Shown here: positions 8,813-15,863 of the stretch, in pieces
Position numbering within the stretch: position 1 is the first letter of the stretch
Layout of the letters: the number at the start of each line of letters is the position of its first letter
Virus record (IMG/VR): IMGVR_UViG_3300030049_000016
DNA from: an uncultured virus (IMG/VR IMGVR_UViG_3300030049_000016)
Taxonomy: Duplodnaviria; Heunggongvirae; Uroviricota; Caudoviricetes
Strand: one strand, 5' to 3'
Length of the DNA: 20,000 nt
The notes under the pieces: generated by a model
Databases searched by the model: none
What the model was told of the DNA's origin: nothing
The model's input: the letters and a program-made list of their open reading frames with translations, nothing else
Made by a program: the position numbers and the translations under genes

Positions 8813-9370
8813 ATGTCTAACGTTGACAATGATCTTGTCGCGCCACTCAATGCCAAATATATTGAACTTTATAAGGAGCTTGATAGCATACTTAAAGAGA
8901 TCTCCGATGCTCAACTACGAATAACCAATCTCGATAGTGAGCGATTGGAACTTGTAGAACGAATCGCACATATTCGTAATACAGCGACCATGTTTAACAT
9001 AACTTTGACAGAGGTGCTGGTAGAACAGGATATCCCACCAACCGATACGCCAATCGATATCAGTCGGTGTGAGCATGATCTCGATATTGATAAGACTGGC
9101 TTTAATTGGTATAATAAAGTAGCTAATGAGGCAGTTTATCTCAAAAATGGTACTAAACTTACGTTTCTATATAAAGCTAAATCGTATTATGCAACAATAA
9201 TTGATGGTATGCCTGTGACAGATATTGGTGGAATTAAATACTCATCTGTACCATTGTGGTACAAATCGGTAACTTCTGCTATCGGGAGTTCGATAGATAA
9301 AATATCCGTTAGACTCCCAGGCGATCCGGAATGGATATGTGCTCGACGTCTGTTTCGACCTATATCCTAG
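8813..9370 (+). CDS. Coiled-coil protein with C-terminal RAMA/DUF2924-like domain
   Basis: N-terminal heptad pattern; C-terminal 'L..GT.L...YK...Y.A.I.DG.....G..YSS...W...V...RLPG..EW'. Confidence 0.55.
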   Translation: MSNVDNDLVAPLNAKYIELYKELDSILKEISDAQLRITNLDSERLELVERIAHIRNTATMFNITLTEVLVEQDIPPTDTPIDISRCEHDLDIDKTGFNWYNKVANEAVYLKNGTKLTFLYKAKSYYATIIDGMPVTDIGGIKYSSVPLWYKSVTSAIGSSIDKISVRLPGDPEWICARRLFRPIS

Positions 9371-9385
9371 AAAGGTTAATGCCAG

Positions 9386-9424
9386 TGGAGTAGTCTATAT
9401 AGACTACTCCATTATTTTTTATTT
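9386..9424 (+). terminator. Terminator with a perfect 26-bp palindrome
   Basis: TGGAGTAGTCTAT|ATAGACTACTCCA plus TTATTTTTTATTT. Confidence 0.8.
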
Positions 9425-9445
9425 GTGATTAAGCATATTTCAGAT

Positions 9446-9454
9446 ATATATTAC
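9446..9454 (+). promoter_or_regulatory. Putative early promoter ATATATTAC
   Basis: Exact TATATTAC after the terminator. Confidence 0.7.
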
Positions 9455-9524
9455 TTAAGTGAAACAAGTTTACTTCTTAAGTGAACTTTACTGGAATTAC
9501 AACATACATCCTTGGAGTAACATC

Positions 9525-10286
9525 ATGGAAACAGATACAAATACCACCATTTACACGACTATTATTTCTGGGGGTATCACTCCGTTGGTTAATTGGCCGA
9601 TTTCTGGATTCGATAATGCTCGACGTATCAATTTCGATCACGATCGTTATGAATTCGAAGTAGTGACAACCAATCCGAAAGATAAAGATCGGCGTATTTT
9701 TAAACCATCTGGTATAGATTGGGAATTCGCTGAAGAATACGTTGGTAAAATCGATGAATCTCCGCATGATACGTATGTGTCATTGTGGATGAGGCCCCGC
9801 CGTGAACTGAAAGACCTTAAGTTCGATAATGATTATCGTCACTATATCTACCACCACGGAGTGGAGAATGTGCGATTTATCATTCCAGTTAAGCGACTTC
9901 AACAGATTCTGATGATCGCATTTACGACAAGCGATCAGCCTGAGACTGCTGCGGTTTGCAAAATCGTTGAGGGTTTCAATCGGACTGTTCTCGACAACTA
10001 CAAGTATCAACTTCAGCCCATTGCACATGAGAATGCATCAGAAACGTTCTATGTTAGCGATCTTGTATCGCTGATGCGGGAACTTCCTGATCAGTTCATG
10101 ATGGTCGACCATTTCAAGGCTGGCGATAAGGTCGTGATTTCTGAAACCAGACACGCCGTTCATGAAGTATTCAAGGTCGTTGATATCACGGATCTTACTG
10201 GGCGTAAGCACCATCAGGATGTATTTTTGAAAGAGATCCCTGATTGTGTGTTTTCTGGCGATAGTCTGATAAGAGCTTATAAATAA
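9525..10286 (+). CDS. Hypothetical phage protein, probably multidomain
   Basis: SD GGAG favours ATG 9525; GTG 9459 lies at the expected transcription start. Confidence 0.75.
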   Translation: METDTNTTIYTTIISGGITPLVNWPISGFDNARRINFDHDRYEFEVVTTNPKDKDRRIFKPSGIDWEFAEEYVGKIDESPHDTYVSLWMRPRRELKDLKFDNDYRHYIYHHGVENVRFIIPVKRLQQILMIAFTTSDQPETAAVCKIVEGFNRTVLDNYKYQLQPIAHENASETFYVSDLVSLMRELPDQFMMVDHFKAGDKVVISETRHAVHEVFKVVDITDLTGRKHHQDVFLKEIPDCVFSGDSLIRAYK

Positions 10287-10295
10287 TGAGATCTG

Positions 10296-10324
10296 GGAGG
10301 GTGTAATTACACCCTCCAATTTTT
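10296..10324 (+). terminator. Terminator with a perfect 22-bp palindrome
   Basis: GGAGGGTGTAA|TTACACCCTCC plus AATTTTT. Confidence 0.7.
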
Positions 10325-10370
10325 CAATAAAACAGAATATACGATCATATCAAACATCCTGGAGGTAATC

Positions 10371-11039
10371 ATGTTTACACAATCTGACTTCAAGCACTGG
10401 TTTCCTATCGAACAGACCCGTCATTACATCGCCGACATTATTCCCGATGGGGCGAAGGTTTTGGAAATTGGCGCCTGCCATATTCCATTTCCGAAAGCTA
10501 CGACATATGTCGATTATGTCTATGATCCCAAGATCGACAATGTCGTTTGTGATGTTACCAAAGAACGACTTCCTTTTGAAGACAAGTCATTCGACTTCGT
10601 CTATTGTCGGCACGTCATTGAAGACCTGTGGAATCCCTTCCTGGTTCTCAGTGAAATGCAGCGGGTGGCCAAAGCCGGTTACATTGAAACCCCATCTATC
10701 GCACAAGAACTTGCTCGGGGTGTCGGCGCCGGCTCATTTAACTTCCGAGGCCATTGTCATCACCATTGGTTCGTTTATAACGACAGTGGTGTGCTGAAGT
10801 TTATCAGCAAGCTTCCTTGGATCGAACACGTCGAGTTCGACGAAGAACAAATCGAACATATGCTTAAGACATACCCCATATACTGGAATACATACTTTCA
10901 GTGGACGGACAAGTTTGACTTTGAGCATGTCCAGGGTCAATATCCGATGTTGCAGAATGACATCATTTCTGGCTTACATGTCGGATACCAGAATGCAAAT
11001 GCTTTTACAGAGACAATCATCGATCACTATAAAGAATAA
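10371..11039 (+). CDS. Class I SAM-dependent methyltransferase (Methyltransf_11-like)
   Basis: Motif I 'KVLEIGA', 'LPFEDKSFDFVYCRHVIED', 'LSEMQRVAK.G'; SD GGAGG. Confidence 0.85.
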   Translation: MFTQSDFKHWFPIEQTRHYIADIIPDGAKVLEIGACHIPFPKATTYVDYVYDPKIDNVVCDVTKERLPFEDKSFDFVYCRHVIEDLWNPFLVLSEMQRVAKAGYIETPSIAQELARGVGAGSFNFRGHCHHHWFVYNDSGVLKFISKLPWIEHVEFDEEQIEHMLKTYPIYWNTYFQWTDKFDFEHVQGQYPMLQNDIISGLHVGYQNANAFTETIIDHYKE

Positions 11040-11106
11040 TAAAAATATGTGATTGATAAAGAATACGTTATATTGTTGAAACTATTTGATCTCTTACTAT
11101 AGATCA

Positions 11107-11133
11107 CTGGAGTGAGTTTTGTATTCACTCCAG
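11107..11133 (+). other. Intergenic hairpin
   Basis: CTGGAGTGA...TCACTCCAG; no T-tract. Confidence 0.55.
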
Positions 11134-11155
11134 AATTATGTAGTAACTGAAAACT

Positions 11156-11281
11156 ATGGGAAGAATCCTCAATAACCGTGAAGCACTCGGTTATATCTAC
11201 AACAAGGAATCTGGAGAGTTTTACTCCCTAGATGACAAAGCTACAGTCAATGAACTCTATGACACCTATAATTGGTGTTAA
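11156..11281 (+). CDS. Possible small protein or gene remnant (41 aa)
   Basis: MGRILNNREALGYIYNKESGEF... fills the gap; no clear SD. Confidence 0.3.
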   Translation: MGRILNNREALGYIYNKESGEFYSLDDKATVNELYDTYNWC

Positions 11282-11300
11282 ATGAACTTAGGAGATCGAG

Positions 11301-12206
11301 ATGTCACTAGATAGAAAAATTACCCGCAATGCTGATGGTTCTGTTTCATCTCTGAGTGATAAATTGGACGAGGCTATCGATTATGGTCTCAGTCGGCTCA
11401 TGGATGTCACGTATCATAATGCATATAGTGATAGTGGGGAGCTATTATCATTAAAGTCGTTCGGTGCAATATGGCCGCTTGGGTGGATTCCAAATGATCT
11501 TGCTGATGATATCCTGATATTTGGTCCTGACAGCGAACAGATGAATCCGAGTGTACTCTGGCCGATAGATATATCATTGGCTATTCCACAAGACGATGGT
11601 ACTATCCAACTGATGCATGTACAAACTATATCCCCAAGAGAACTGCGGGGAAAGGTTTCTAATTTTGCACAGCACATCGTAAAGGTCTCCACTGCATTCA
11701 TCCTGAGGAATGGGACTTATACTACAGAAGTTAACTACTTTGGTTATCTCAATAAGAAATGGAGTGCGCTTAAACCAATAATACGCATGGTTACATACAA
11801 TCAGAATGGAGGTCTCACAGCTGGTAAGAACTATGCTAATTTTAATATCAATGTAAATGTGACGATGGCTATGTCTGTTGCATTAACTAGGCGGTATATG
11901 TGGGAAGTTACCTTTCAAATAAAAGATAGCCCAACTCTCTTATTTCTAACAAACCCATCAGGTATTAGAGAACTCTTTCAGAATCGTGATGTTCCTGTTG
12001 GAGAAAATAGAAAAAAGGCTCTTCGTAACTGGGTTCGTGCACATACACGAGAACTAAAGAATTCTCAGAACGAAGAAGATATCGTCTTCGTACGTCGACA
12101 TTTCAGAGGTAAAACATCTTTTGATTGGCAGGGGTACTCCTGCACTATAACACCTAGTGAATATGATCTTGAAAAGTACTTCTCTAGTAAAGAAACTAAA
12201 CAATAG
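11301..12206 (+). CDS. Conserved phage hypothetical protein with paired VRxH motifs
   Basis: SD AGGAG; C-terminal 'RELF..RD.P.G..R..AL.NWVRAHTR...VRRHFRG...F.W.G..C.I.PS.YD'. Confidence 0.8.
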   Translation: MSLDRKITRNADGSVSSLSDKLDEAIDYGLSRLMDVTYHNAYSDSGELLSLKSFGAIWPLGWIPNDLADDILIFGPDSEQMNPSVLWPIDISLAIPQDDGTIQLMHVQTISPRELRGKVSNFAQHIVKVSTAFILRNGTYTTEVNYFGYLNKKWSALKPIIRMVTYNQNGGLTAGKNYANFNINVNVTMAMSVALTRRYMWEVTFQIKDSPTLLFLTNPSGIRELFQNRDVPVGENRKKALRNWVRAHTRELKNSQNEEDIVFVRRHFRGKTSFDWQGYSCTITPSEYDLEKYFSSKETKQ

Positions 12207-12220
12207 TCATAAACTATGTG

Positions 12221-12271
12221 CAAGGAGATGTGGTATATACCACATCTCCTTGGATCGCTTATTATTTTTTT
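12221..12271 (+). terminator. Perfect 32-bp palindrome with downstream T-tract
   Basis: CAAGGAGATGTGGTAT|ATACCACATCTCCTTG, then GATCGCTTATTATTTTTTT. Confidence 0.75.
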
Positions 12272-12286
12272 AACAATATCTTACGC

Positions 12287-12295
12287 ATATATTAT
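12287..12295 (+). promoter_or_regulatory. Putative early promoter ATATATTAT
   Basis: Context TTTTTTAACAATATCTTAnnCATATATTA shared with the 3711 copy. Confidence 0.7.
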
Positions 12296-12342
12296 TTGTA
12301 TGTAGTTCAATGTCATAACTATAACTTAAAAGGATATGGGTC

Positions 12343-12693
12343 ATGCTAGAAGTATCTCAGAGAAAAGTAACCGATACCATATCGGTATTGATCAATCTTC
12401 CCAATGACGATTCACCAAAACATAATTTTATTTTAGATATTTTCTTTGAACCGTATTTAAAAGATATAGGTCCACATCGATATATTGTATTATCACAACA
12501 CAATGATAATATTCGCGTACAATTAAACATGGTTAATACAATTTCAATAGATAGTAATAGTGTTTTTCTTATATATGAATTCTACAAGTATTATGTAAGA
12601 ATAACTAATCATTCCGATAATAATGATATTAAACTTATACACGATAAGTTACTTAATTTATGGATAGGTGGACATATGGTATCGTTAAAATAG
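12343..12693 (+). CDS. Hypothetical protein
   Basis: SD AAGGA, 116 aa. Confidence 0.65.
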   Translation: MLEVSQRKVTDTISVLINLPNDDSPKHNFILDIFFEPYLKDIGPHRYIVLSQHNDNIRVQLNMVNTISIDSNSVFLIYEFYKYYVRITNHSDNNDIKLIHDKLLNLWIGGHMVSLK

Positions 12694-12759
12694 TAGTGAT
12701 CAAATTATATATTTATTAAATGTATGTTTAGATATGAAATATCCAGAATGACAAAACAC

Positions 12760-12791
12760 GATAGTAGATGAGAGTACTCTCATCTACTATC
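12760..12791. terminator. Perfect 32-bp palindrome, probable terminator
   Basis: GATAGTAGATGAGAGT|ACTCTCATCTACTATC plus AGTATTTTATTT. Confidence 0.7.
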
Positions 12792-12834
12792 AGTATTTTA
12801 TTTAAAAATAAACGATAATGAAATTTATTCAAAT

Positions 12835-12843
12835 ATATATTAT
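12835..12843 (+). promoter_or_regulatory. Putative early promoter ATATATTAT
   Basis: Context TTCAAATATATATTAT shared with the 8765 copy. Confidence 0.65.
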
Positions 12844-12880
12844 TTATTTGACATATCTAGCATAAAAAAAGGACATCGCT

Positions 12881-13450
12881 ATGCTTGACTACACACCAGA
12901 CAAAGTCATATTTCGTCATTATGACACTATTGATCATGACGTATATGATCGGAAGTTCATAACTGGGACTATCCATAATGGTTCCAAAGCAAACCTCAAA
13001 CGTTGGGCAATGCTCAATGGTTTGTTGAACATCATGGAAGATGAAGACGGACTTCAGGGAGGGAGGTCTCTCCACGTATCATATGGATCGACAAAGCCGG
13101 GATGTAACAAACGCATTGCACAAATGCAATATCATCCATGGCTCATTGTCCCTCCAGAAGAATTAAGTGTGTTCATTATGCCAGTCAGAGGAAATCTATT
13201 CCGACACAGAGTAGGATTTATCATAGATTCTGAGTGGCTGAAGAATCGCATCCGCTCAATCAAGAAGTCTTATGGTCTTCTCGATGAGAATATATACAAT
13301 CCTCACATCACTGTGAGCGTTGGTACGAAAATACCGGCCAAGTTGTCGAAGCCAAACTTCGCCATCGTGATTATTGGTGAACAAACGTTGCCATATGTAA
13401 CCAAACACGTACAAGAAGAAATATCGAATAGAACATCGGCATATGCATAA
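12881..13450 (+). CDS. acb1: 2H phosphoesterase, Acb1 / T4 57B-like (putative anti-CBASS nuclease)
   Basis: Two HxS/T motifs (LHVS, PHIT). 'GFIIDSEWLKNR...YNPHITVS' parallels T4 57B 'VLVLDSEYLRCR...YTPHITLS' as recalled. Confidence 0.7.
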   Translation: MLDYTPDKVIFRHYDTIDHDVYDRKFITGTIHNGSKANLKRWAMLNGLLNIMEDEDGLQGGRSLHVSYGSTKPGCNKRIAQMQYHPWLIVPPEELSVFIMPVRGNLFRHRVGFIIDSEWLKNRIRSIKKSYGLLDENIYNPHITVSVGTKIPAKLSKPNFAIVIIGEQTLPYVTKHVQEEISNRTSAYA

Positions 13451-13457
13451 TAAAAGA

Positions 13458-13497
13458 AGTCTGGTGGACAAATGTCCACCAGACTCTTTATTTTTTT
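13458..13497 (+). terminator. Rho-independent terminator
   Basis: AGTCTGGTGGACA-AA-TGTCCACCAGACT plus CTTTATTTTTTT. Confidence 0.85.
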
Positions 13498-13513
13498 CAT
13501 AAAGTTATAAAAT

Positions 13514-13522
13514 ATATATTAC
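13514..13522 (+). promoter_or_regulatory. Putative early promoter ATATATTAC
   Basis: Exact TATATTAC after the terminator. Confidence 0.7.
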
Positions 13523-13567
13523 TAATAAGGAATAGAATATAGATAGATAAATAAATAGGAGTATCGC

Positions 13568-14311
13568 ATGTCTTCTATACTTGGTAAGGATATTACTTAT
13601 ATTACTGTTACTAAAAATTATACAAATAATTATGTTATTTGTGAAAATGGTAATACCATCATTGATGTTGATACAGAATTTTTATCATGGTGTGATAACA
13701 AAGTATTAGAAGAATTTATTATCCGGAGAACTGAAATTTTTAATCGAAAAGATATTTTTACTAAATATGGATATATACTACCCGATATAAATAACATTGC
13801 TTGTTATAAAGTTGAGATGGTAGTAGAATCAACTTCATTAAAATATTTTATTAAAACTGGCGAGATTGATAAAATGCGAGTGATACGTTTTGATATTAAA
13901 AATATGCCTAATGTAATTGATATTTCTGATATTAATAAATTTATTTTACAAAAATATAAAATTACTACCGATGATGTCGAGAATATTTATTGTATATATA
14001 ATACGAAAACTTATCCGTATAAAACTATGATGGTTAAAAAAGAAATAGCAGATGAAATAAATAAACTTAAAAAGTTTAAAAGATTTGAATGTGGAATAGT
14101 AGCACATCCTTATAGTAGAGAAGAGGTCATTCCTTTGTTTATTAATGAAGATTATAAAAATAATGAAGAGTATATTTCATTATCTAAATATATTGAAGAT
14201 TTTAAGAAAACTAATAAGAAATACAGATTTTATACATGGGTATATTCTTGGTGTGTTTCTTGTTCTAAGTTTTTAAAACTGTTAAACCCTAAGAATCTTT
14301 TTAGAAAATAG
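13568..14311 (+). CDS. Hypothetical protein (247 aa)
   Basis: SD AGGAG; very AT-rich ORF. Confidence 0.75.
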   Translation: MSSILGKDITYITVTKNYTNNYVICENGNTIIDVDTEFLSWCDNKVLEEFIIRRTEIFNRKDIFTKYGYILPDINNIACYKVEMVVESTSLKYFIKTGEIDKMRVIRFDIKNMPNVIDISDINKFILQKYKITTDDVENIYCIYNTKTYPYKTMMVKKEIADEINKLKKFKRFECGIVAHPYSREEVIPLFINEDYKNNEEYISLSKYIEDFKKTNKKYRFYTWVYSWCVSCSKFLKLLNPKNLFRK

Positions 14312-14317
14312 ATTATT

Positions 14318-15496
14318 ATGCTTGAATTAATAGTAGATTACTTAAAATCAAATATAGTTGCTAGTGGTCTTATTGTAGGTTCAGTGTCCGGTTTTCTACT
14401 ATATATAATAAAAGGTATTCCAAAAGCTACATTTGATACTTTTTTAAAATATTTTTCTGTATCATTGACTGTAAGAAATGATGATCCTATATTTAGTGAT
14501 ATAGCAAATTATGTAACAAAACTAAGAAATAATGTAAAACATTTTCATTATTCTAATGATAAATATGAATTTAATGAAATAATTTATTCTGTAGATAGTA
14601 ATAGAATTGTTACTATAAATAGAATTACTGAAAATAATCAAATAAGTTGGGGTAGTGGTAAGAATAAGGTAGAGACGATTATCATAAAGTGGTATCTCAC
14701 AAGAAATACAAAGCTAATAACAAAGTTTGTAGAACAGTTAAAATTATCTAATGAAGATAGTAAAATGATAGATGTTTATAGTAGAAGTAATGATTATTTC
14801 GAAATCATTAAAAAGAATAAGAGAAGTATAAATTCTATTTATCTTAATGGTGATATATTAGATAATCTTTTGAGTGATATAAAATTATTTATATCTAGTG
14901 AACAAAAAGAATGGTATGTAAAGAGAGGTATTCCATATCACAGAGGATACTTGTTTTGGGGTCCTCCTGGAACTGGAAAATCATCTTCTATATTAGCTAT
15001 CGCTTCTCATTTTAACTTACCTATATTTTATTGTAATTTTAGTAACATACGTAGTGTTTCTGCATATAACAATAAAATGAAAATTGTAGTTTTAGAAGAT
15101 GTTGATACTTTGAATATTGGCAATAAGCGCGATAGTACAGACGATGTTGACAAACGCATATGCGATGATAAATCCAATGTTCCTCCTGAGCATAAAGATA
15201 ACAATAATGTTACACTTGTCTCTTTTCTGTCTTTAAGTGATGTGTTAAATGTTTTAGATGGTATCATTGCTCCAGAAAATTGTATTGTGATTATGACATC
15301 TAATCATCCTGAAGTTCTTGATAGTGCACTTATTAGACCTGGTCGTTGTGATGAAGCTATTAAGTTTGATTTATTAGATCAAAATACCGCAGATAGAATG
15401 AAGAAAGATTTTGATATGGATGACCTTGATGTGATAACTCCTATTTCGGCAGCTGCTTTACAAAATGAACTTCTTAAAGCAAGAAAAGTTCTATAA
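14318..15496 (+). CDS. BCS1-like membrane-anchored AAA+ ATPase
   Basis: N-terminal TM segment; 'WY..RGIPY.RGYL..GPPGTGKSS' Walker A; Walker B 'VVLEDVD'; 'LNVLDGI'; SRH 'MTSNHPEVLDSALIRPGRCD'. Confidence 0.9.
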   Translation: MLELIVDYLKSNIVASGLIVGSVSGFLLYIIKGIPKATFDTFLKYFSVSLTVRNDDPIFSDIANYVTKLRNNVKHFHYSNDKYEFNEIIYSVDSNRIVTINRITENNQISWGSGKNKVETIIIKWYLTRNTKLITKFVEQLKLSNEDSKMIDVYSRSNDYFEIIKKNKRSINSIYLNGDILDNLLSDIKLFISSEQKEWYVKRGIPYHRGYLFWGPPGTGKSSSILAIASHFNLPIFYCNFSNIRSVSAYNNKMKIVVLEDVDTLNIGNKRDSTDDVDKRICDDKSNVPPEHKDNNNVTLVSFLSLSDVLNVLDGIIAPENCIVIMTSNHPEVLDSALIRPGRCDEAIKFDLLDQNTADRMKKDFDMDDLDVITPISAAALQNELLKARKVL

Positions 15497-15604
15497 TAAA
15501 TGGCATGCAGAGGAGAATAACTCATGATACCTACAAAATTTTATAAAAAATATTACGATTAATAATATAGAAATATAGAAGGACATGATAAACAAGCAGT
15601 TAAA

Positions 15605-15841
15605 ATGACATTATACTGTTTTACTTGTACTAAAATTCTTTATTCTTATTCTGTTCAGTGTGCACTTGTTAGAAACAAAATGTATAATACAGAAGATTTA
15701 CATTGGGTAGATTCTATTATTGGTATATCTAAATGCCTTAGTATAAAAAGAATAGCTAGGTTTAATGAAAAATATAGAGTAAGTAGATTTCTAAGAAAGT
15801 ATGTTAATAATAGACTCAGGATGATACAACGACACGAATAA
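15605..15841 (+). CDS. Hypothetical protein, possibly the 3' part of an interrupted gene starting at 15524
   Basis: 78-aa ORF without a good SD; in-frame SD-led ATG at 15524 is cut off by TAA TAA. Confidence 0.4.
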   Translation: MTLYCFTCTKILYSYSVQCALVRNKMYNTEDLHWVDSIIGISKCLSIKRIARFNEKYRVSRFLRKYVNNRLRMIQRHE

Positions 15842-15863
15842 TCACTTTCCCAAAAGGACTACC

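Noticed and set aside
12701..12759. Variant promoter TATATTTATT (also at 2748) suggesting an empty cassette before palindrome 12760
   Set aside because: Imperfect match in very AT-rich DNA; indistinguishable from chance
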